From IMG/VR virus record IMGVR_UViG_3300036715_003906, positions 124,001-188,000 of that record: DNA of 64,000 nucleotides; one strand, written 5' to 3'. Below are positions 1 to 7,667 of the stretch, one piece after another. Position numbers and translations under genes: made by a program. Position 1 is the stretch's first letter; the number at the start of each line of letters is the position of its first letter. The notes beneath the pieces were generated by a model. It was not told the origin of the DNA. It worked only from the letters and a program-made list of their open reading frames with translations, and made no database searches.

Positions 1-162
1 CTTGCCCATCTTGAGCTGCTTCTTGGCCGACTCGTCGAGGTCGATGAAGCAGTCACGGATGCGCCGGATCGAGGTCTTGCCCCCCTCGGCCATCCGGGCC
101 GAGACGAGGTTCATGGTTCCGATATCGAGGCCCACGCCGGGCCGGTTGAGGTCCTTGCTCAT
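1..162 (-). CDS. Actin-like ATPase (MreB/MamK/FtsA superfamily), N-terminal part; runs off the left edge
   Basis: Not in the ORF track. Manual translation from ATG at 162 gives MSKDLNRPGVGLDIGTMNLVSARMAEGGKTSIRRIRDCFIDLD. GLDIGT matches the actin-fold phosphate-1 motif (DxGT). Confidence 0.65.
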   Translation of the reverse strand, partial: MSKDLNRPGVGLDIGTMNLVSARMAEGGKTSIRRIRDCFIDLDESAKKQLKMGK

Positions 163-171
163 ACCGGCCCC

Positions 172-849
172 CTACACCGATCCGGGCTCCATCCTTTGCC
201 GGAGCAGGTACGCCAGCTCCTCGTGCTTGTCCGCGATGCCTTGCAGCAGGTTGTCCAGGCCGGGCGTGAGCAGCCCCTTTTGCCGGAGCTGCCCGTACAC
301 GAGGTCGAGCAAGACAAGGAAGCGCAGGAGAGCCCGGAAGCTCACCGCCACCGGGTCCGGAGCCGCCTCTTGCTTGTGGGGGCCGAGGTAGGATTCGAGG
401 AAGACCCCCCGGGCATGGTGCTGCGGGAGTACCCCCACCAGCGCCGCCGACCCGAGGCCCACCGTCCGCTCTGCCAGGGCATCGACGAGGGCGTAGGTGT
501 CGTCGTAGAGGCGCTGGAATAGCTCATGGTCGGCATAGAAGGCCGGCCCCTTGCTCTGCCAGTGGCTCCCCAGGTGAACGTCCACCTCGGCCCGTAGGGC
601 CGCGAGGACCACGGCCAGCTCCGCCATCGGCACCCCGCCGAAGTCGGCGAGCAAGTGCGTGAGGATGATCTCCGCCTCGACCCCGGGCTGGGCCGCCATC
701 CGGTGGACAAAGGACCACAGCCGGTGGCGATGAGGCGCCGTGGAGGCGCTCTTCGTCCGGGCGATGCGGGGTGCGGGCTTCCCGGGGAGGTAAGGAGGAC
801 CGTCACGCAGTGCGTCGTACCCCAACTGATCCGTCCAGAGGTCAGGCAC
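172..849 (-). CDS. Ferritin-like / Dps-like protein
   Basis: HWQSKGPAFYADHELFQRLYDDTYALVDALAER resembles the Dps ferroxidase signature HW.vkG..F...H.lF..lY......D.lAER. Confidence 0.75.
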   Translation of the reverse strand: MPDLWTDQLGYDALRDGPPYLPGKPAPRIARTKSASTAPHRHRLWSFVHRMAAQPGVEAEIILTHLLADFGGVPMAELAVVLAALRAEVDVHLGSHWQSKGPAFYADHELFQRLYDDTYALVDALAERTVGLGSAALVGVLPQHHARGVFLESYLGPHKQEAAPDPVAVSFRALLRFLVLLDLVYGQLRQKGLLTPGLDNLLQGIADKHEELAYLLRQRMEPGSV

Positions 850-852
850 GAG

Positions 853-1386
853 TCACCCCCCCGTGCGAGCGGAGAGCTGGTCGGCGACGGCCCGGGCCTC
901 GTCCGCGAGGGCCTCGATGGACCGGATGACCGGCCGGGCGTAGTCCACCGCCCCGATCCCGTGCGACTGGGCCAGGGCCTCCGCCGACGCTCGCCGCACC
1001 CGCTCGACGTCCGCCACACGAGCCGTGATGACCCCGAGGGCCGGGTGGTTCGGGGTGCGGAGGAAGTCGCCCGCCACCGCCTCTGGATCGAGACCCAGAT
1101 CGGCGGCCTTCTTCGCCTTGCCCTTGCCCTTGTCGGCCTTCTCGGCCTTGGCGTCCTCCTTCAGCTCCTTGCCCACGTCCCCCATGCTGACCTTCTCGGG
1201 CTTGGCCGAGAAGGTCTTGCCCGTGTACGGGGAGCGGACGCTCACCATCTTCTTCGGGAGGTAGAAGTCCTGCTTCGTTTCCGGGCAGGTATAGAGCCAG
1301 AGGGACGTGGCCGCGGTCTTGTCGTCGGCGGTCTTCTCGACAAGGAACTGGGCGAGATCAGCGAGGTGGGCTTGGCGGGGGTGCAT
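853..1386 (-). CDS. Hypothetical protein (possible virion/head-associated)
   Basis: ORF with GGAGGAG RBS and GC3-biased codons; contains KTA/KAA motifs like the head-module proteins. Confidence 0.6.
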   Translation of the reverse strand: MHPRQAHLADLAQFLVEKTADDKTAATSLWLYTCPETKQDFYLPKKMVSVRSPYTGKTFSAKPEKVSMGDVGKELKEDAKAEKADKGKGKAKKAADLGLDPEAVAGDFLRTPNHPALGVITARVADVERVRRASAEALAQSHGIGAVDYARPVIRSIEALADEARAVADQLSARTGG

Positions 1387-1419
1387 GTCGTCTCCTCCAC
1401 ACCGGTGGGGAAAAGGACT

Positions 1420-2043
1420 TTACCGCCCCTGCTTGATTCGCCGCAGGGCCTCCCGGGCACTCTCCGTCCCCCCCTGCTGGGTCGACTCCGTGACCGTCAC
1501 CCGCCCGCCCTCGGGCTTCTCGAACGTGGGGAGAAAGATCGGGACGTCCGACGAGGACGACGAGCCACCCTGAACGTGGACGTGGGACGGGGCCGCCGGA
1601 ACGCCCACCGTGACGACCGCCGGCCGGGACTGGAGTTCCGTGAGGAGCGTGAGCATCTGGTCAAAGCGGGGGTCGGGGGCGGGGCCCTTGGACGCGACCA
1701 GGCCCTGGAGAATACGGATCTCCGCGTCCCGCTCACCCACCTGGGCCTGGGTCCGTGCCAGGTGCTCCCTCAGTCCCTCGACCTGGGCCTGGAGGTCAGC
1801 CTTCTCCCGCTCCAGCACCGCGAGCCGGTCCTGCACGTCCGTGTCCACGGGGGGCCCGCCCCCCTCCAGGGGCAGTCCCCGCCTCACCCGCGCAAGGAGA
1901 CTCTGGTTGACCGCCCGCCACAGGTCGCGGGAGGAGAGAGCCTTGTCCGTCGCTATCGCCACCACCTCACCCTCCGTGATGATCAGCGAAAGATCCGCGA
2001 TCGTGACCTCCCCGGGGACCAGCCCGACAAAATACTGGTTCAT
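1420..2043 (-). CDS. Hypothetical coiled-coil protein
   Basis: Start reassigned to MNQYFVG (ATG 2043, ATGA overlap with the upstream stop); central heptad-rich segment DRLAVLEREKADLQAQVEGLREHL. Confidence 0.6.
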   Translation of the reverse strand: MNQYFVGLVPGEVTIADLSLIITEGEVVAIATDKALSSRDLWRAVNQSLLARVRRGLPLEGGGPPVDTDVQDRLAVLEREKADLQAQVEGLREHLARTQAQVGERDAEIRILQGLVASKGPAPDPRFDQMLTLLTELQSRPAVVTVGVPAAPSHVHVQGGSSSSSDVPIFLPTFEKPEGGRVTVTESTQQGGTESAREALRRIKQGR

Positions 2044-2522
2044 CGCACGAGGGCCCGGCGTACCTGCTCGGCGATGGCCGGGCCGAGCTTGTCCTGAACG
2101 AACCGGTCGATCGCCTTGCGGGCCTGAGCGACGAAGTCCGTCGGGGCCCGGCCCGGGTGAATCCACTTGCCGCTGGCCATGCTCTTCGGCGTCGCCGACC
2201 GAAAGATCGTCTCCCCCGTCTCCGTCACGATCGGAATCGGCGTCTTCGACTTCGTCACCCACGTCATCGGCTGCCGGCGCACGCCGGAGGCCAAGGGGGC
2301 CCAGCCAGAATGGTGAACGACCACCCGGACCGAGTTCCTCGTCTGCTCGATCGTCAGCGCCTTCGCGAAGGCCACCTTCGCCCGGCGGGAGAAGGTCGTC
2401 TGCGTCATCGCCTGCTGCATCCGGCGCAGCATCTCGGACCGGATTTTTTGGAAAGGGTCGATGCCTCGAAGGGTCCACGACCCCGCACGGTACACCGTTC
2501 GGAGAGACGCTTGAGAGGCCAT
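2040..2522 (-). CDS. Putative virion morphogenesis / tail-completion protein
   Basis: Basic 160-aa ORF in the neck gene cluster with a C-terminal W.HPG motif; function inferred from position. Confidence 0.45.
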   Translation of the reverse strand: MASQASLRTVYRAGSWTLRGIDPFQKIRSEMLRRMQQAMTQTTFSRRAKVAFAKALTIEQTRNSVRVVVHHSGWAPLASGVRRQPMTWVTKSKTPIPIVTETGETIFRSATPKSMASGKWIHPGRAPTDFVAQARKAIDRFVQDKLGPAIAEQVRRALVR

Positions 2523-3871
2523 AAATACGTGTTGTTCTCCCAGGCCGGCGTCCGGCCCCGAAGCTCCCTCTCGTCGGGAATGGTGGCCTTGTCCGTGATG
2601 GGCGTCGGGCCGCCCTCCTCGGGCCCCTGGGGGAGCAGGGACACGGCCGCATACCGGCCCGGGTGAAGCATGGGAACCTTGGCCCGGATATCCCGCTCGT
2701 CCAGGTGCCCGATGGTGAAGTGCTGCTGCAAGACCATCCCCCGGTTGCTCGGGAAGCGGACCGGACCCACGCTGTACCGGTCGCCGTTCAGTTTAACAAG
2801 AAAATCACGCTGCGCGAGCAAGGGGGAGGGGCCCGTCCAGACCTCGTAGCTGTGCTCGATCGACCGGCCCGTCTCCTTCTGGGCGATCCGGCGCTCGGCG
2901 TCGTCCGGAGCAAGGATGGCCTCAAAGGGTCCCTCGTAGCCACCCATGATGCCCGTCCCGTAGCACCGGAGGCAGTCGCTGAGCGGCTGGTGAGGATGCT
3001 CGAACGGATAGCAAGGGCACGAGACCCCGACGTTCTTCTTGAGGAAGATCCGTACCCGCTCCCCGCCCTGCTCCAGAATCCAGCGGTTGCGCCGGATGGC
3101 CTCCCGCCACATCCAGTCGAGCTTCTCGACCTCGTAGCTGCTCGTGGCCGCGGCGTATTCGAGGGGGGTCTCGACGATGTTCCCCGCGCCGCAGTCCCCA
3201 CAGCCCGCCGGTACCCCGACCGTGGTGACCCGGTAGAAGACCCGCTGGGCGAGGTCCGTCTTGACGAGCTGCCGCAGCCGCCGGTAGGTCGCCGTGACCC
3301 GGCTCGTCAGGGACGGCACAGGGCCCCTCACGGCGGTCTGGTGGGCCGCATCGGGGAAGGCACGGGCATCTATCTCGATCTCGCCCGAGAAGCCCGCCAC
3401 GGCCCGCACAGGGGCCCGCACGCCATCGACCTCGACCCAGACGTCGAAGGGGTCATGGGCGAGGGTCCCCTGCGAACCCGAAACGACGATGGGGGGCTTC
3501 GACACCCGGACCACGAACCGGCGCCGCTCTTGTCCGGCCGCCGTGGCGTCAAACTGCGTGAAGGACGCACTGACGTCCTCCTCGGTCACTACCTCGATGT
3601 CCGTCCGGTCCTGCCAGCCCCGCACCCCGAGGGGGACGTCGGTCAGCCGGTGAAAGGGGCCGTACTCGGAGTCGAAGCTCCGGTAGACGTTGACCCCCAG
3701 GATCTGGAAACGGCTGTTCAGTGCGGGGTCCGAGGGGCTATCCCACCGGAGGTCGAAGCACCCGGGACTCCAGCCGCTCGTCAGAAAGAGGTTGAGAGGC
3801 GCCAGAGGCCACGGCGCCCGGGTCAGCTCCAGGGAGGGCGTGAACCTGTCGCGATTCGTGGCGTAGGGCAT
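2405..3871 (-). CDS. Putative neck / head-closure protein with an N-terminal FN3-like segment and a Zn-binding motif
   Basis: DLRWDSP...GVNVYRS (FN3-like); EAIRRNRWILEQGGE, CPC...CLRCYGTG..GGY. Likely true end near 2522 (in-frame TTA); the last ~40 codons overlap the next gene. Confidence 0.55.
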   Translation of the reverse strand: MPYATNRDRFTPSLELTRAPWPLAPLNLFLTSGWSPGCFDLRWDSPSDPALNSRFQILGVNVYRSFDSEYGPFHRLTDVPLGVRGWQDRTDIEVVTEEDVSASFTQFDATAAGQERRRFVVRVSKPPIVVSGSQGTLAHDPFDVWVEVDGVRAPVRAVAGFSGEIEIDARAFPDAAHQTAVRGPVPSLTSRVTATYRRLRQLVKTDLAQRVFYRVTTVGVPAGCGDCGAGNIVETPLEYAAATSSYEVEKLDWMWREAIRRNRWILEQGGERVRIFLKKNVGVSCPCYPFEHPHQPLSDCLRCYGTGIMGGYEGPFEAILAPDDAERRIAQKETGRSIEHSYEVWTGPSPLLAQRDFLVKLNGDRYSVGPVRFPSNRGMVLQQHFTIGHLDERDIRAKVPMLHPGRYAAVSLLPQGPEEGGPTPITDKATIPDERELRGRTPAWENNTYLWPLKRLSERCTVRGRGPFEASTLSKKSGPRCCAGCSRR

Positions 3872-3887
3872 ACCTCCCCACGAAGAA

Positions 3888-4151
3888 TCAGAGGATCCGG
3901 ATCACCCCTGTCTGCGGGTCGATCTCGAAGTTCGCGCCCGGGTGGAGACCCCGGGTAGACCGGACCGCCTCCATCAGACTGTCCTTCTTCTCCCGGGCAA
4001 CCGCCAGGGCACGGAGGAGCCGGGGCTTGGTCAACTCCATCTCGGCGAGCTGCTCGGCCAGGATCGTGAAGCCCGTGGCGGCGTCGTCGAGGGCCTTCAG
4101 CTCCGCCTCCGTGAGCGGGGTCGGGGGAGACGGGGGGGTGGGGTTACTCAT
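3888..4151 (-). CDS. Small hypothetical protein
   Basis: AAGGAG RBS before ATG 4151 (MSNPTPP...); helical, coding-like codon usage. Confidence 0.55.
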   Translation of the reverse strand: MSNPTPPSPPTPLTEAELKALDDAATGFTILAEQLAEMELTKPRLLRALAVAREKKDSLMEAVRSTRGLHPGANFEIDPQTGVIRIL

Positions 4152-4530
4152 GAGACTCCTTGGGGGTGGGGAACAGGGCGTCCTCGGAACCACGCGCCGG
4201 CCCCCCGTGGACGCTGACGCCGTGGGGATACCGTTTGCCAAGCACGCGCAGAAATCGTAGGAAGACGGGCACAGGAATACCCGCCCGCTCCAGGGATGCA
4301 ACCCTCTTGCGGTCCTCGTAGTCCTCGGGGCACTCGGGGGCGTGCTCGATCCGAAGGCTCCCGCACTCCTTGCACCGGCGACGCTTGATCGGTCCCGGAC
4401 GAGACACCCTCCAGATGGCCAGACCCCGAGGGTCAGGGCGGTCCTTCCAGGCCGCGCACTTCTTCCGGTGTCGGAGCATGGACGCGAGGGTGCGGGGGTC
4501 GTGCCCACACACGCAGGGATGCAGCCTCAT
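4144..4530 (-). CDS. Cys/His-rich hypothetical protein (possible Zn-binding)
   Basis: MRLHPCVCGH...KKC...CKECG...H..EC; start at ATG 4530 next to the upstream stop. Confidence 0.45.
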   Translation of the reverse strand: MRLHPCVCGHDPRTLASMLRHRKKCAAWKDRPDPRGLAIWRVSRPGPIKRRRCKECGSLRIEHAPECPEDYEDRKRVASLERAGIPVPVFLRFLRVLGKRYPHGVSVHGGPARGSEDALFPTPKESHE

Positions 4531-4532
4531 GA

Positions 4533-4835
4533 TCAGGCCGTGGGAACCATCCCCGCCGAGGGGGTCACGTCCACGAGGGCGTCGCCCAGCATCTCCTTGG
4601 CGAGGGCCATCGCGCCGTCGGCATCTTTCCGCAGGTGGGCCGCCAGGAAGGCACAGAGCTGCTTGTGGACCCCCGCGGGCTGCGGCAGATCCTCCGTCAC
4701 CATGATCCCGACCAGGTGCAGGAGGGAGAGGGCAGCGTACTTGACCCCCTCCCCGGTGCGGGGGATCTCGTTCTTGACGAGCACGTCCACGACCGCGTCG
4801 GACAGGTCGTCGATGATATCCGCCGTTTTTGTCAT
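4533..4835 (-). CDS. Hypothetical protein
   Basis: MTKTADIIDDLSDAVV...; coding-like codon usage, ATG 4835. Confidence 0.5.
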   Translation of the reverse strand: MTKTADIIDDLSDAVVDVLVKNEIPRTGEGVKYAALSLLHLVGIMVTEDLPQPAGVHKQLCAFLAAHLRKDADGAMALAKEMLGDALVDVTPSAGMVPTA

Positions 4836-4840
4836 GCCCG

Positions 4841-5088
4841 TCAGATACACCGACGGCGTCGACCTCACCGAAGGGAATCCCCCGCAAAAGATCGAGGGAA
4901 GGCAGACCCGGGGCCTCCACCCCCACCCCACGGAGCCGCGGGAAAGGGTCCTTCGCGTCCAGGACCCGCTCCAGCCGGGTCAGGAGACCCACGCGCGGGC
5001 CCTCCACGCTCACGAGAATCCGTGGGGTGGACAGGCTGCCGTCGGGACGATGGTCGGGGTATTCAAGGGCGATCTCGAGGCGCTTCAG
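4841..5088 (-). CDS. Possible small gene with a non-ATG (CTG) start or a damaged gene
   Basis: Coding-like run (L/M)KRLEIALEYPDHRPDG... begins at CTG 5088; there is no in-frame stop before the next gene. Confidence 0.25.
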
Positions 5089-5101
5089 GGCCCCGAGCCT
5101 A

Positions 5102-5725
5102 TCACAAACCGACGAACTGGCGGGGCGTGAGGACCCCGCCCCCGACGTAGGGACCGAAGGCCGAGCGGATGCCCGTGCCGTAGCGAGGCTGCTGGAGGCC
5201 GCGGATGATGTTGACCGTGGCCTTGGCCTTCTCGATTTGCTTGTCGAACTGCTCCTGGGCGCTTCCGGCCGCGGCCTCGTACTTGCTGGCCTTGTCGATG
5301 TCGAGCGATATACCCCCGATGGAATACGAGTTGTGGGCCAGAATGCCGTTGGTGAGAACGAAGTTCTCTGGCCCCGGCACACAGAGGTCGTACATCTCCC
5401 CCGTGTGAGGCACCTCCATGACAAGAGATACCGCCGTGGCACCCGTCGAGCCGTCCTTGACGGTGGTGACCAGCGACCCTGGCGTCAACTTCAACGTCGT
5501 GATGGGGGCGAAGGGGAGGGCTGCAAACAGACTGTGATCCTCGGTCGCCACCACGGAAGCCCCGGTCTCAAGCGTGACCTGAAGGGCTCGCTTATGCGGC
5601 ACCTGATGCTTCATCACGTCCTTGATGGGGAACCACCCTGAGTGCCCAGAAGCGTCCACCGCTTGGGTCGTGAGCAACCCTTGTCGGAAGGCGTCACGAA
5701 TATCACGTCGGGTTTGCTCATCCAT
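5102..5725 (-). CDS. Fractured neck/adaptor protein, piece 3: split-intein IntC-2 (132 aa) fused to a 75-aa C-extein
   Basis: GGAGG RBS. Intein block B (ATEDHSLF), block F (MYDLCVPGPENF) and block G (ILAHN/S) are followed by extein SYSIGGISLDIDK. No block A is present. Confidence 0.85.
   Translation of the reverse strand: MDEQTRRDIRDAFRQGLLTTQAVDASGHSGWFPIKDVMKHQVPHKRALQVTLETGASVVATEDHSLFAALPFAPITTLKLTPGSLVTTVKDGSTGATAVSLVMEVPHTGEMYDLCVPGPENFVLTNGILAHNSYSIGGISLDIDKASKYEAAAGSAQEQFDKQIEKAKATVNIIRGLQQPRYGTGIRSAFGPYVGGGVLTPRQFVGL
5330..5725 (-). mobile_element. Split intein 2, C-fragment (IntC-2)
   Basis: Ends His-Asn (Asn codon 5330-5332) with Ser+1; carries TxxH block B, so the split is atypical (short N, long C). 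Confidence 0.85.
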
Positions 5726-5850
5726 GACACGCCTCCAGAATTTCGGTCACAACCGCCGCAAGGTCACCCCTGATACGGTGTTCAGGCACACGAAGCACCC
5801 GCCAACCACGATTCAACAAGTAGGTTGTCTTTTGAAACGGCACCTTCAGG
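5718..5850 (-). pseudogene. Remnant of a Vsr/DUF559-like homing endonuclease (C-terminal ~40 codons, frameshifted)
   Basis: Alternative frame reads ...KD[+1 nt]YLLNRGWRVLRVPEHRIRGDLAAVVTEILEACHG*, matching the Vsr/DUF559 C-terminal GW.VLR..EH.I motif. It is AT-richer than the flanks and lies exactly between IntN-2 and IntC-2. Confidence 0.7.
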
Positions 5851-6619
5851 GAGTCTGTGGTTCGCCATCCCCATGCACGATAGCAAAAAGCTCTGCTATG
5901 GGCATGGAAACTCGTCGGCCATCTGGCAGCCCGACCGTGACTTCGGTTTCTGGGGCCACAGAAAATTCATCAGCAACCCAGTTGATCCGGAGGGCGTTGA
6001 GCGCCCAGAACATCGCCCCGGTGAGGAGGAGCGACTTCCAGGACGGGTACTGCGTGTAGAGCTGGTCGAGGCTCTGGAAGGGCGTCATCGGAGGGTAGAG
6101 CGAGATGGTGTTCATCGACTGCTCCAGGTACTCCTTCAGCTCCTCGTCGAGCCAGATGTACCCGAAGACGCGGTTGAACTGCCGGATCGTCTCCTCGTGA
6201 GCCGGGGGCCGAAAGTGGTAGTTCCTGTCGGGACTATTACTGACGACCATCCCCGAGCGATACAGCACGAAGTTGTGCCAATCTTCCGCCGTCAGGTCGT
6301 ACATATACTGCCGAGAGGGTAGTCGCTCGACCCCCAAAACAGAGACGGCAGATTCGACCCCGGCCACGGTACTACCGGTGGCAAGCTGTTCCGTTTCGAC
6401 CTTGCTTGTGGGGGTCACAAACACACGATGCCCCCCTGTGAGCACAGAAGACCCTTGTGGGGTAGTCACCCGAAGGATCGTCTCCGGGCCAACCTCCGCA
6501 CGGTGAACGTGAACGACCCTCTTCCACTCCGCTTGCCCGAGAGGAGAGAGGGACCGAACCTTCAACGTACCCCGCTTGAAGGCTGCTCGAAGCCGATTTT
6601 GCTGGTCAAGGGTCAACAT
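5846..6619 (-). CDS. Fractured neck/adaptor protein, piece 2: IntC-1 (128 aa) + 91-aa middle extein + IntN-2 (38 aa)
   Basis: GGAGAGAG RBS before ATG 6619. Block B (TGGHRVF), F (MYDLTAEDWHNF) and G (VVSN/S), then extein SPDRNYHFRPP...WVADEF, then block-A-like SVAPETEVTVGLPDGRRVSMPIAELF. The ORF track extends it in frame to 7162 through the endonuclease remnant. Confidence 0.85.
   Translation of the reverse strand: MLTLDQQNRLRAAFKRGTLKVRSLSPLGQAEWKRVVHVHRAEVGPETILRVTTPQGSSVLTGGHRVFVTPTSKVETEQLATGSTVAGVESAVSVLGVERLPSRQYMYDLTAEDWHNFVLYRSGMVVSNSPDRNYHFRPPAHEETIRQFNRVFGYIWLDEELKEYLEQSMNTISLYPPMTPFQSLDQLYTQYPSWKSLLLTGAMFWALNALRINWVADEFSVAPETEVTVGLPDGRRVSMPIAELFAIVHGDGEPQTP
5849..5962 (-). mobile_element. 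Split intein 2, N-fragment (IntN-2, Ser1, 38 aa)
   Basis: SVAPETEVTV...MPIAELF is a block A pattern with Ser at position 1; removing it joins DEF to SYSIGG of piece 3. Confidence 0.8.
6236..6619 (-). mobile_element. Split intein 1, C-fragment (IntC-1)
   Basis: Blocks B, F and G; ends Ser-Asn (Asn codon 6236-6238) with Ser+1. Confidence 0.85.
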
Positions 6620-7162
6620 GAACGTCTCTCTCCGTCCGGACGATGAAGTCCCACCCCATGCGGGTGGCCTAGGAAGAAGCTGCCTGAAGTCGTCGTTGTA
6701 CCTTGTCGTCAGCAGGCAGCCCGAGAACCCAACTAGCTTTGACCTCGATGAGCGCCAACGTACCCGAGAGGCCCTACCCTCTGGACGTTGAGCAGCAAGA
6801 CGAAGAACCTCACGCTCTTCGGCTGAACGAATACGTCCGCGATGGAAGTCGAACGCACCAGAAGCCCAAGCATCCCGCATTCGATCCGACAACCACGGTT
6901 TCGTCCTCCCCCTACCCGCTTGTCCCACAGCAACCGCATTTGCGGTCCGGTTCGCCCGTGATGCGGCATTCCCGGTCGCTTGAGTCAACCGTTGAATGGC
7001 GGCGAGGGATAGGCCCGTCATGGCCTTCCTCCGACCCCAAGTGGCCCCTGCTGCGTGAAGCTCAGTCACCACAGCGACCCGTTTTTCCTGCACCCCTGGA
7101 GGGGGTCGCCCTGATTTGCTGAAGGATACCCACGAAATTCCGTGTTTCGCCAGCAGGGACAC
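6606..7162 (-). pseudogene. Decayed TnsA-like / PD-(D/E)XK homing endonuclease
   Basis: A basic N-terminal DNA-binding-like part is in the ORF frame. Another frame (6773 to 6606) reads GTLALIEVKASWVL...DKVQRRLQAASS*ATRMGWDFIVRTERD, i.e. the IEVK...GW.F...TE.D motif with an internal TAG. The middle of the nuclease appears deleted. Lies between IntN-1 and IntC-1. Confidence 0.7.
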
Positions 7163-7166
7163 CCGA

Positions 7167-7664
7167 TCAGGGTGTGGGTTGCAGGGCTTCCCAGAGAGCC
7201 CGGATAGAAACTACCATTTTCTCTCCGTCCACGTCAAGCTCGACCTCTTCCTCTTCCCCGAGGCAGTTGTCCCGGAGGAGCGTCCGCAGCCGGTGGATGA
7301 GGTCCACTTCGTTCGGGGTGAAGAGGAGCGGGGCCTGCGAACCCGACACCACCTGATCGATGACCTCGAACTCCTGCACCACCTGCTGGAGCTGCCCCCC
7401 GACCAGCTCCCGGAAGGACCACCGCACGCGGTAGAGCCCGAGGTTGGCGTCGAGGGGGATCACGATGCTCGCGTAGTATTCCCCGAGGGCGGGGTTCGCC
7501 GGCACGCGGGCAGGGTTCCCCACCGGGGCCTCCAGACCCGTCGTCACGTCGGCGATGGCGTAGCTGATCTCGGCGGCATTGACCGGGAGGTCCGCCGCGT
7601 TGGCCAGGTAGATGTGCAGGTCCTGGCGGCCGAGCTGCTGCCCGCGGAAGAACGCGACGCCCAT
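7167..7664 (-). CDS. Fractured neck/adaptor protein, piece 1: 133-aa N-extein (Ig/BppU-like) + IntN-1 (32 aa)
   Basis: Ends ...LRTLLRDN/CLGEEEEVELDVDGEKMVVSIRALWEAL, an intein block A starting at Cys (codon 7263-7265) with no rest of the intein in this gene. Confidence 0.85.
   Translation of the reverse strand: MGVAFFRGQQLGRQDLHIYLANAADLPVNAAEISYAIADVTTGLEAPVGNPARVPANPALGEYYASIVIPLDANLGLYRVRWSFRELVGGQLQQVVQEFEVIDQVVSGSQAPLLFTPNEVDLIHRLRTLLRDNCLGEEEEVELDVDGEKMVVSIRALWEALQPTP
7170..7265 (-). mobile_element. Split intein 1, N-fragment (IntN-1, Cys1, 32 aa)
   Basis: Block A CL.....V......SI..LW pattern; 9 acidic versus 2 basic residues. Confidence 0.8.
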
Positions 7665-7667
7665 GGC

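Noticed and set aside
5846-7162. Single 438-aa protein with a cis intein
   Set aside because: The intein part lacks block A, which lies at the end of the upstream gene; the first 181 codons are an endonuclease remnant.
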